Source of the DNA: Fidelibacterota bacterium
GTDB taxonomy: Bacteria; Fidelibacterota; UBA2242
DNA: 35,026 nt
Assembly (NCBI GenBank): GCA_043808945.1
Contig: JAZDEI010000292.1
Span: 1 to 35,026 of the forward strand
Direction: 5' to 3'
A program made the translations under genes and the position numbers. Positions 1-8,133 of the stretch are shown in pieces (position 1 is the first letter of the stretch; every line of letters begins with the position of its first letter). The notes beneath the pieces are model-generated. The model saw nothing but the letters and a program-made list of their open reading frames with translations. It was not told the origin of the DNA and ran no database searches.

Positions 1-2023
1 CGGCGGCTTTGAATTCCCGGTCACGATAGAGTGTCAGGGCTTTATTATGCAGTTCGAGCAGCTTTTCGGCTTCGGGCGTCAGGTCGGCGTTGGCACTAAT
101 GACATTGTAAATCGCGAGCGGTTTTTCACGTCCTTTTACCCGAATCAGATCCAGTTCACGGCAGATAAAGCTCGTCTTGATCAATTCGTAAGTCGATTCG
201 GAAATGATGTTCTGCGTGCCGTAGAGTTTATTGACGCCTTCCAGCCGGGCTGAGAGGTTGACCGTATCGCCAATAGCAGTGTAATCCATACGGTTCGACG
301 AACCGATATTGCCGACGACAAAATTACCGCTGTTGATACCGAGCCGTGTGATCAGCGGAATGGATTGATTCTTGGCTTCAATCGTCAGCGCGGACAGTTT
401 TTTAAAGCCCAGCGCGGCGTTGCAGGCCATTGCGGCATGTTCGGCGGTTTCCAGCGGCGCGCCGAAAATCGCCATGATGCCGTCGCCGGTATATTTATCG
501 AGCATGCCGTTATTCTCGAAGATTATCTGTTCGACTTTCGTGAAGTACTGATTCAGGAAACCGACGATTTCGGGCGGCGTAAAGAGTTCCGAGATGCCGG
601 TGAAGCCCTGCAGATCGGAAAACATCACAGTAGCGATGATCTCCTTGCCACCCATTTCGAGCCGTTCCGGATTCTTGGTCAGGTTTTCGACTACGGCCGG
701 ATGCAGATAGCGGTTGAAAACCTTTTTAATCATCTTCTTCTCGCGTCCTTCCGTCAGATAATTGATCAGTAGGACGACGAGGATGCTGAGAATGAATGCG
801 ATTTCCGTGATGACGACCGGTATGAACATTTTCACCTGCCGGAAGGCCATTACCGTCACGATCAGGGGAATGATTAATAAGATCAGCGAAATGACAGCGG
901 ACTGCCAGATGTTCCATTTTTGCCAGAGAAACGCCAACAACCACACGAGTATAAAAGCGATCCCCAGCCAGGCGATAAACGGGAAATCGGAGACAAAATC
1001 GCCGCGTACAATGTTTGAAAATATCGTGGCGTAGACCTCCACTCCCGGGTAAGGTTCGACCGGTGAATAGGGCGTAGTCTTCAAATCCAGTAAACCGGCC
1101 GCCGTCGCCCCGATAAAAACCGCCTTGTCACGAAATACTGCCGGATCGATGTCCGGTTTTTGCCCGTTCTGCGTCTGCATATACGAATTCAGCAACTGCG
1201 CGAAAGAAACGTAACGAAAAGTATGTTCCGGCCCGCCCGGTCCATACCAGTAAATATCGAAGAATCCGTCCGGTCTGACGGGAATCCGGCGTTCCCCTGC
1301 GATTATTTCGTGTTTAAGCGAGTCGAATCCGATCACCGCAACGCTGTCATAAATCAGTTCGGCGGTGAATGCCATATACGGCACGATTTGATCCTGCTTG
1401 GCGAACAGCAGGGGAATTTGACGGCAGATTCCGTCATTATCGGTGAAGAAATTGACAACACCGGGATAGGCCATCGCTTTTTGAAAGCGGGCAATCGGTA
1501 CGGTGATGTTCGGGTAATTCCGCACGATTTCCGTTGGAATATCGTAGACGAAATCCCGGCTGAAATGCGAGATCAACTCCTCACCGCCGAGGCGGGTCGA
1601 ATCCTCCATCTGGGTTGCCAGGACAACATTCCCGCTCATCCGCATTTCACGAGTAAAGGCCGAGTCGGCATATTCAGCCTGGACATTCACCCGGTCGATA
1701 TCCGGCGACGAGAAAATAATATCATAGAGGATGACTTTCGCGCCGCAGGTTTTCAGATATTGGGTCGCAATTCCATAAATATCGCGCGGCCAGGGCCAGA
1801 GCGTCTGAAAATTGTTCTGAAAATAGTCGAGACTGTTTTGATCGATCGCAATGATAACCGATTCCGGCGGATGTTGTTCCGGTTGGAAATCGCGGTACAA
1901 AATATCCTGTACCTGGTTTTCCCAGCGCCGGATCAGGTTATTATTATAGAGCACACCGGTAATCAGGATTATTCCGACGGCGATCCCGAGCGCAATCAGC
2001 AGTTTTTTTGTGTTAATACTCAC
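1..2023 (-). CDS. CHASE2 sensor domain-containing class III adenylate/guanylate cyclase; the C-terminus runs off the left edge
   Basis: Absent from the ORF track because it is open at the window edge. I translated the minus strand from the GTG at 2023-2021, which has AAGGAG 7 nt upstream. The N-terminus is VSINTKKLLIALGIAVGIILITG (a TM helix), followed by a roughly 340-aa extracytoplasmic region. Three TM helices follow (FIAWLGIAFILVWLLAFLW, AVISLILLIIPLIVTVMAF, IPVVITEIAFILSILVVLLINYL). The cyclase homology domain reads ATVMFSDLQGFTGISELF...MLDKYTGDGIMAIFGAP...LGINSGNFVVGNIGSSNRMDYTAIGDTVNLSARLEG...RVKGREKP. The frame stays open to nt 2. The plus-strand ORFs listed here (47-253, 365-772, 762-1034, 1160-2206) are antisense shadows. 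Confidence 0.85.
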   Translation of the reverse strand, partial: MSINTKKLLIALGIAVGIILITGVLYNNNLIRRWENQVQDILYRDFQPEQHPPESVIIAIDQNSLDYFQNNFQTLWPWPRDIYGIATQYLKTCGAKVILYDIIFSSPDIDRVNVQAEYADSAFTREMRMSGNVVLATQMEDSTRLGGEELISHFSRDFVYDIPTEIVRNYPNITVPIARFQKAMAYPGVVNFFTDNDGICRQIPLLFAKQDQIVPYMAFTAELIYDSVAVIGFDSLKHEIIAGERRIPVRPDGFFDIYWYGPGGPEHTFRYVSFAQLLNSYMQTQNGQKPDIDPAVFRDKAVFIGATAAGLLDLKTTPYSPVEPYPGVEVYATIFSNIVRGDFVSDFPFIAWLGIAFILVWLLAFLWQKWNIWQSAVISLILLIIPLIVTVMAFRQVKMFIPVVITEIAFILSILVVLLINYLTEGREKKMIKKVFNRYLHPAVVENLTKNPERLEMGGKEIIATVMFSDLQGFTGISELFTPPEIVGFLNQYFTKVEQIIFENNGMLDKYTGDGIMAIFGAPLETAEHAAMACNAALGFKKLSALTIEAKNQSIPLITRLGINSGNFVVGNIGSSNRMDYTAIGDTVNLSARLEGVNKLYGTQNIISESTYELIKTSFICRELDLIRVKGREKPLAIYNVISANADLTPEAEKLLELHNKALTLYRDREFKAA

Positions 2024-2048
2024 CGCTCATCTCCTTCATTAAACGGTT

Positions 2049-3506
2049 TCAATGCGCTGAAAGAACTTCCCACTCAAAGCCCCAATCCCATTTATCGTAA
2101 TAGAGATTGCCACCTTCCCATTCGACTTCGCCACGCTGGGAATCGACGGTTTCACTGCGCGGGTAAATCTTCGCAGGATAGAAATCGGCAGAAATACCGT
2201 CGTTGAATATCAGGCGGTAACTGTCCATCCCGTTCAGATAGAACCATTTCAGCGGTTCGTCGTCGGTTTTGCGCAAACCATAGGTCACGTCCATCGGAAC
2301 CCAACCGTAAGGTGCGAAGTAAATCTCGCCCCAATCGTGCATGCTGTTACTCGGCGGTTGAAATTCCCAACCCGATTGCCAGCGCGCCGGGATGCCGTTC
2401 ATGCGGCAGAGCGTGATAAAGGTCAGGGTCATCATCCCGCAATCGCCATGCAGGTTATTCACGACGTAATGCGGAATATTGTAAAAGGTCGAATACTCGC
2501 GGGCCGACGCCCAGGGAACATTCGTATCGATCCATTCGAAGAGTTTCTGCGCAATGCGGTAAGGATTGGCCTCACTTCCGACGATCTGGTGGGAGAGTTG
2601 ACGCATTTCATCGGTAAAAACAATGTGCGGCGGTTCTTCCTGCAGAAAAGGTTGCAATTCAGGTGTCGGGGCCACAGCCATGACATTTTCAGCGACGATC
2701 GCTGTATACGAGCCAAAGACTTCGTAGGTATACTCAACCGAAAAACGAATAGTTGAATCATTGACGGCCGGTTTTTCAAAATAAATCGTGCGCTGAAGGG
2801 TCTGATCCGTATTTGCCAGGATATAATTCGGTGGGTCGGTCTTTGAAATCTTTATATTAATCTGGCGATTGGTGATTTCGCGCGGAAACGGAATCCAGCA
2901 ACGGATGATTTTCCCGTCAGGCACGACGTTTGGATTGACTGCGACACTCTGGACGATTTTCATTCTGACCGGCAGAACAGTGTTTTTCCGCGTGTTAGCG
3001 ACGGCGTCTATCACTTTCCGGCAGTGCGCGTCCAGATCGAGGCCAACTTCTTCCTCAGTACCGGCGGATTTGAGCGAGTCGGCTTTCTGTTTAATAGCCT
3101 TCGCGGCTTTGTCGAGACGGAAAAGATTGGGTGCGGCCGCACCGAAATACATCTTTTGCCCGTCGATCAACATATATTCCAAAGAATTCTCGGATTCCCA
3201 ACGGTTCAGATCGGACTTAGTCACTTCCGGGATATATTTTTTTATATATTCAATAACCTCAGCTTCGCTCCTGTCAAAATCGAGCCGGATGCGATTCATT
3301 CGCTCCAGTTCAAATTCCAGTTGGCGTTTTTCGATAGCGCTGAGTGACTTGTTCCGGCAAAGTTTGCGCTTAACGATTTTTTCCGCTATGCTGAACTCAC
3401 CTTTTTCGATCAGTGTCCGGTATTCGTTTCCGGCACAATCCGACCAAATAATCAGGAAAAGGCCTGCGAGAAGCAACCCGCCCAGCCGGGTGATATTTCT
3501 CCTCAT
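2049..3506 (-). CDS. Transglutaminase-like (Cys-His-Asp core) domain protein, secreted or membrane-anchored
   Basis: 485-aa ORF with an N-terminal signal/anchor (MRRNITRLGGLLLAGLFLIIWSDC). It carries the transglutaminase-core signature HGDCGMMTLTFITLCRMNGIPARW ... SMHDWGEIYFAPYGWVPMDVT. Its stop lies 25 nt upstream of the cyclase start on the same strand. Confidence 0.8.
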   Translation of the reverse strand: MRRNITRLGGLLLAGLFLIIWSDCAGNEYRTLIEKGEFSIAEKIVKRKLCRNKSLSAIEKRQLEFELERMNRIRLDFDRSEAEVIEYIKKYIPEVTKSDLNRWESENSLEYMLIDGQKMYFGAAAPNLFRLDKAAKAIKQKADSLKSAGTEEEVGLDLDAHCRKVIDAVANTRKNTVLPVRMKIVQSVAVNPNVVPDGKIIRCWIPFPREITNRQINIKISKTDPPNYILANTDQTLQRTIYFEKPAVNDSTIRFSVEYTYEVFGSYTAIVAENVMAVAPTPELQPFLQEEPPHIVFTDEMRQLSHQIVGSEANPYRIAQKLFEWIDTNVPWASAREYSTFYNIPHYVVNNLHGDCGMMTLTFITLCRMNGIPARWQSGWEFQPPSNSMHDWGEIYFAPYGWVPMDVTYGLRKTDDEPLKWFYLNGMDSYRLIFNDGISADFYPAKIYPRSETVDSQRGEVEWEGGNLYYDKWDWGFEWEVLSAH

Positions 3507-3690
3507 AATCTTGACTCCCTATTAAATATTCGCATTTGGCTGAAAATTAGAACAAAGATAATTCCTTGTCCAGAACTATTTGCAAATCGGACAAAATAAT
3601 TTCATGCGAAATGTTTTTTAAATCGCCGCCGTACTCTAAATTTGAGCGCTTTCGTTATGATTTCAGACTCAGTAATAAACAGAGGCAGTC

Positions 3691-5760
3691 ATGCATAGGA
3701 TAGTTCAGCATCCGATTCTGACGATTCCAGCCGACCGGCAATTGGTAAAATTCACATTCAATGATACAATCTTAGAAGGATATGAAGGCGAAGCCGTCTC
3801 CTCGGCGCTGATCGCGCAAGGCTACCAGGAATTCGCCATTCATCGTAAGGGCGACACGCCGCAAGGTCTGTTCTGCGCCAATGGTCAGTGTTCGCACTGT
3901 ACATTAATTATCGACGGTTTACCGCAAAAGTCCTGCGTAACGCCGTTAAAATCGGGCATGCGGGTTAAAACCTTGCGCTACATTCCGGAAATTCCCGTTG
4001 ACACCCGGCCGCTTGGCCGTCATTCGAAAAATGAAATGACCTGCGACGTATTGGTAGTCGGCGGCGGCCCTTCCGGTTTGACAGCCGCGCTTGAACTCGC
4101 AAAATTGAATTTCAACGTCATACTGGTTGACGACAAGGAAAAGTTAGGCGGCAAGCTTCTGCTCCAGACCCATAAGTTTTTCGGCTCAATCGAAGATTGC
4201 TACGCCGGCACACGCGGGATTGACATCGCCACACAACTCGAACAGGAATTGCGGGTCTGTACCAATGTCCGGATTTTCACTAATACGACCGTTGCGGCAA
4301 TTTTCAAAGATCAGAAAGCCGGATTGTTCATTAATAACCGAAATTACGCCGTCATTGCTTTCGGCGGATTGATCGTTTCGCCGGGTGCCCGCGAAAAGTC
4401 GCTGATCTTCAGCGGCAACCATTTGCCGGGTGTTTTCGGGGCAGGCGCCTTCCAGACGCTCGTGAACCGGGATTTGGTGAAAGCCAGCCAGCGGGTATTC
4501 ATTATAGGAAGCGGCAATGTCGGCCTGATCGCGGCGTACCACGCCTTGCAGACCGGAATCGCGGCGGTCGGCATTTGCGATATTCTCGATAAAGTCTCCG
4601 GCTATAAAGTCCATGCCGATAAAATTCAGCGTATGGGCGTTCCGATCTATTTGAAACACACGGTGATCGCGGCGGAAGGCAATGGCAAAGTCGAAAGAGT
4701 GACAATTGCGGCGGTTGACGACAATTTTCAGCCATTGCTGATAACCGCAAAAACTTTCGATGTCGATACCTTGCTGATCGCAGTAGGATTGTCGCCGGTC
4801 GATGAATTCTACGAGATTGCCGCCAATTTTGGTTTCAAGGTCATCAAGGCCGGTGACGCGGATGAGATTGCCGAAGCCTCGTCGGCCATGTTCGGCGGCC
4901 GGATCGCGGCTCTAAATATGGCGAACCTGCTTGGTAAAAAAGTGACAATCGACGCAGCTTATACTCAAAAAGCGGAAATCCTGAAAAGCAAACCGGGACA
5001 CATTTTCCCGGCGGTGCCCGTTAAACTTGACGGAAAATTCCAGCCGATCATCCGTTGTACCGAAGAAATTCCCTGCAATCCGTGTGCCTCCGTCTGCCCG
5101 GTCGATGCCATTCGCCTGCAAGGTGAGCGCGACGACCTGATGGATCTTCCCTTTTATCAGGGTGGCTGTACCGGTTGCATGCAATGCGTCCTGATCTGCC
5201 CGGGGTTGGCGATCACCTTAGCCCGTAATATCGACGATAAATCGGCGGAAGTCGTCTTACCACATGAATATCTGCCGGCTTTTAAAGTCGGCGACCGGAT
5301 CGCATTGACCGGGATTTCCGGTGAATTTCTGGAAGAGGGCGAAGTGCTGAAGATTCGTTACGTGAAAAAATTCAAAACACATTTAGTCCATGTTAAGACA
5401 TCGGTGAAGAACGGCGCTTTCGTCGCCGGAATCCAGGTTCGACCGGGCAACGTCAGTCGAGCTATACAACCAGCCCAATTTGAATATTTACCGGATGACG
5501 GAATAGTGTGCCATTGCGAACTCGTAACGGTTAAAGAAATCCGGGATTTTATTCGTGAGCATGATATCCGCGACGTCAATCAGCTGAAATTAGCGCGGGT
5601 CGGCATGGGTGCCTGCGGCGGGAAAAATTGTTCGATGCTCCTTCCGCGATTATTCAAAGAAGCCGGAATCGATTGGCAAACAGTCGCGCCCGGTTCCAAA
5701 CGCCCGCTCAGTATCGAAGTACCAATGTTTGCAATCGCTAACGAAGAGGACAATGCTTAG
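3691..5760 (+). CDS. Multi-domain FAD/NAD(P)-binding oxidoreductase with 2Fe-2S, dicluster 4Fe-4S and BFD-like [2Fe-2S] modules. It resembles the sarcosine oxidase alpha / opine oxidase A / archaeal-type proline dehydrogenase alpha family.
   Basis: 689 aa. The N-terminal region has a 2Fe-2S-type Cys pattern (LFCANGQCSHCTLIIDGLPQKSC). There are two Rossmann dinucleotide motifs (DVLVVGGGPSGLTAALELA; RVFIIGSGNVGLIAAYHAL). Ferredoxin motifs are CTEEIPCNPCASVCP and CTGCMQCVLICP. The C-terminal BFD-like motif is CHCELVTVKEIRDFI...GMGACGGKNC. Confidence 0.75.
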   Translation: MHRIVQHPILTIPADRQLVKFTFNDTILEGYEGEAVSSALIAQGYQEFAIHRKGDTPQGLFCANGQCSHCTLIIDGLPQKSCVTPLKSGMRVKTLRYIPEIPVDTRPLGRHSKNEMTCDVLVVGGGPSGLTAALELAKLNFNVILVDDKEKLGGKLLLQTHKFFGSIEDCYAGTRGIDIATQLEQELRVCTNVRIFTNTTVAAIFKDQKAGLFINNRNYAVIAFGGLIVSPGAREKSLIFSGNHLPGVFGAGAFQTLVNRDLVKASQRVFIIGSGNVGLIAAYHALQTGIAAVGICDILDKVSGYKVHADKIQRMGVPIYLKHTVIAAEGNGKVERVTIAAVDDNFQPLLITAKTFDVDTLLIAVGLSPVDEFYEIAANFGFKVIKAGDADEIAEASSAMFGGRIAALNMANLLGKKVTIDAAYTQKAEILKSKPGHIFPAVPVKLDGKFQPIIRCTEEIPCNPCASVCPVDAIRLQGERDDLMDLPFYQGGCTGCMQCVLICPGLAITLARNIDDKSAEVVLPHEYLPAFKVGDRIALTGISGEFLEEGEVLKIRYVKKFKTHLVHVKTSVKNGAFVAGIQVRPGNVSRAIQPAQFEYLPDDGIVCHCELVTVKEIRDFIREHDIRDVNQLKLARVGMGACGGKNCSMLLPRLFKEAGIDWQTVAPGSKRPLSIEVPMFAIANEEDNA

Positions 5761-6909
5761 ATGAGAACGTACGACGTTGCCATAATTGGCGCTGGCAGTA
5801 TCGGGACTCCGCTCAGTTATTATCTGGCGAGGAGCGGATTGCGGATTTTGGTACTGGAAGAATTGGCCTCGGTCGGTCGTGGTCAAAACCGGGCTGCGAT
5901 CGGCGGTATCCGCGCCACTCATTCCGATCCGGCCAAGGCTAAAATCTGCCAGCGAACCATTGAAATCATCAGCCGCATGAAAGCCGAACACGGTATCGAA
6001 GTCGATTGGATCGCCGGCGGCTACCTCTACCCTGTTTACGATGAAAAAAATGAGATCGTCTTTAAAAAACTGATCGAATTCCAGAAGTCGGTGGGGCTTA
6101 GAATTAACTGGATCGATCCGGCGGAGATTGAAAAACTGGTTCCCGGTATTAATCCCACCGGTCTGCGCGGCGGATCATACTCGGCCGAAGACGGTTCGGC
6201 TTCCCCTCTGAAAGTGGTCGACGCCTATTACCAGCTGGCAAGACGTCTCGGCGTCGAATTCAAATTTCTGGAACCGGTGACCGGCTTTAAAATCGATAAC
6301 GGTAAAATCACGACAATCGTGACCAACCGAGATACTTACGCCTGCCGCTGGATTGTCAATGCGGCCGGAGGAAATGCACGCCAGATCGGAAGTCTGATAG
6401 GCCTGGAATTACCGGTCTTCCCGGATTGCCACGAAGGCGGTATCACCGAACCGGTGCGGCGTTTCTTCGAACCGATGGTGGTCGATGTCCGGCCGGACAG
6501 CGAATCGAGCAATTATTATTTTTACCAGAATATCGAAGGTCAGGTGGTTTTCTGCATCACTCCCGAGCCGCGAATTGTCGGCACCGATTGCGACAATACG
6601 TCGGTATTCCTGCCGTTGGTCACGAAACGGATGCTGGGATTGTATCCGCGCCTGAGACATTTGCGTGTGCGGCGTACCTGGCGCGGACTCTATCCAATGA
6701 CACCGGACGGTTTTCCGATCGTCGGTTTTACCCGTGAATTCAGAAATCTATTCCTGGCAATCGGCATGTGCGGGCAAGGCTTCATGATTGGTCCCGGGCT
6801 GGGTGAAATCATCGCCGAAATATTGACGAACGACCGCCATCCATATCATGAGATTCTCAGCCAGTTAAGTCTCTACCGCAACTTCGCCGGACAGGAACTG
6901 TTGAAATAA
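5761..6909 (+). CDS. FAD-dependent oxidoreductase, DAO family (similar to sarcosine oxidase beta / proline dehydrogenase beta subunits)
   Basis: 382 aa with the N-terminal FAD motif YDVAIIGAGSIGTPLSYYLARSG. Its ATG directly abuts the TAG of the upstream gene (TAGATG at 5758-5763), which implies translational coupling. Confidence 0.8.
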   Translation: MRTYDVAIIGAGSIGTPLSYYLARSGLRILVLEELASVGRGQNRAAIGGIRATHSDPAKAKICQRTIEIISRMKAEHGIEVDWIAGGYLYPVYDEKNEIVFKKLIEFQKSVGLRINWIDPAEIEKLVPGINPTGLRGGSYSAEDGSASPLKVVDAYYQLARRLGVEFKFLEPVTGFKIDNGKITTIVTNRDTYACRWIVNAAGGNARQIGSLIGLELPVFPDCHEGGITEPVRRFFEPMVVDVRPDSESSNYYFYQNIEGQVVFCITPEPRIVGTDCDNTSVFLPLVTKRMLGLYPRLRHLRVRRTWRGLYPMTPDGFPIVGFTREFRNLFLAIGMCGQGFMIGPGLGEIIAEILTNDRHPYHEILSQLSLYRNFAGQELLK

Positions 6910-6925
6910 TTTATTCGGAGCTTCT

Positions 6926-8125
6926 ATGACGATAGCTATTTCAAAACGGGCCCAGGCTATAAAACCTTCACCGACGATGTCGGTCTCGGCCATGGCCAAG
7001 AAAATGTCAGCCGAAGGTTTTTCGATCATCAATTTCGGCGTTGGTGAACCTGATTTCGACACGCCCGAATATATCAAACAGGCTGCCCGCCAGGCGATTG
7101 ACGATAATTTCACGCGCTATACGATTTCGGCGGGTATCCTGGAATTGCGGCAGGCGATCGCCGCCAAACTAAAACGTGATAATGAAATTGACTATTCACC
7201 CGAGGAAATTATGGTTTCGCCTGGCGGTAAAGCCGCCATAATCAGCGTCCTCACCGCTATCTGTAATCCGGGTGATGAAATCCTGATCCCGGTGCCATAT
7301 TGGGTCAGCTATCCTTCTCAGGTTGAAATGCTGGACGGTATCCCGGTGTTCATGCCAACCGATGAATCGACCAATTTCAAAATCACAGCCGATCAATTGG
7401 AATCTGTGCTGGCCGGGCTTTCCAAACCGAAGGCGTTGATCCTTAATTCGCCAAATAATCCGACCGGCGCAGTCTATTCCCGCGCTGAATTGGCTGCACT
7501 CGGAAAGATTTGCCTGAAATATAATCTGGCGATTATCTCGGATGAAATCTATGAGAAGTTAGTATACGGCGGTGTCCGGCATTATTCGATCGCGCAGATC
7601 TCTCCTGAACTCCGTGAAATCACAGTCGTCATCAACGGCGTTTCCAAAGCCTATGCCATGACTGGTTGGCGACTCGGTTATGCTGCCGGACCGCGCGAAG
7701 TCATTAAACGGGCTATTTCAATTCAAGAACACACCGTATCCTGTGTCAACTCGATTACTCAGAAAGCGGCCGTCGCCGCACTGAACGGTGACGATGGCAG
7801 TATTGAATCTATGCGCTGTGAATTCGAGAAACGCCGCGATTTTTTGGTTCGGGAATTAACGACGATTCCGTTGATCGATTGCCCCATGCCGGACGGTGCT
7901 TTTTATGCCTTTCCGAACGTTGCCCGCTACATTCACGAGAACAATGCCGGTATCTCCAATTCGGTAGAATTATGTGAGTATTTATTGAAAAATTTTCATG
8001 TCGCTTTAGTGCCCGGATCGGCTTTCGGTCGGGATGACTGTATCCGCTTTTCTTACGCCAGCAGTATGGCCAATATCATCGAAGGCGTCAGGCGGTTTAA
8101 TGCTGGCCTGAAAACTTTGCGTTAA
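6926..8125 (+). CDS. Class I/II PLP-dependent aminotransferase (aspartate aminotransferase-like)
   Basis: 399 aa. It carries the PLP-lysine region VVINGVSKAYAMTGWRLGYAAGP, plus NSPNNPTG and EPDFDTP motifs typical of the AspB/AspC family. A GGAG lies 7 nt upstream of the ATG. Confidence 0.85.
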   Translation: MTIAISKRAQAIKPSPTMSVSAMAKKMSAEGFSIINFGVGEPDFDTPEYIKQAARQAIDDNFTRYTISAGILELRQAIAAKLKRDNEIDYSPEEIMVSPGGKAAIISVLTAICNPGDEILIPVPYWVSYPSQVEMLDGIPVFMPTDESTNFKITADQLESVLAGLSKPKALILNSPNNPTGAVYSRAELAALGKICLKYNLAIISDEIYEKLVYGGVRHYSIAQISPELREITVVINGVSKAYAMTGWRLGYAAGPREVIKRAISIQEHTVSCVNSITQKAAVAALNGDDGSIESMRCEFEKRRDFLVRELTTIPLIDCPMPDGAFYAFPNVARYIHENNAGISNSVELCEYLLKNFHVALVPGSAFGRDDCIRFSYASSMANIIEGVRRFNAGLKTLR

Positions 8126-8133
8126 ATTGCGTT

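Noticed and set aside
1160-2206. 348-aa plus-strand ORF, along with the smaller plus-strand ORFs at 47-253, 365-772 and 762-1034
   Set aside because: These are antisense to a minus-strand frame that translates into a coherent CHASE2 plus cyclase protein. Their products are Arg/Ile/Asn-rich with low complexity and carry no recognisable motif. They are shadow ORFs.
2869-3525. 218-aa plus-strand ORF; the same applies to 3024-3347, 2337-2756, 11372-11899, 11910-12265, 12621-12932, 13964-14485, 10442-10831 and 10717-11040
   Set aside because: All are antisense or out of frame relative to confidently identified minus-strand genes (the transglutaminase-like gene, ribBA, ribE, ribD, the M20 peptidase, ribH). 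ORF 13964-14485 would also run through the FMN riboswitch.
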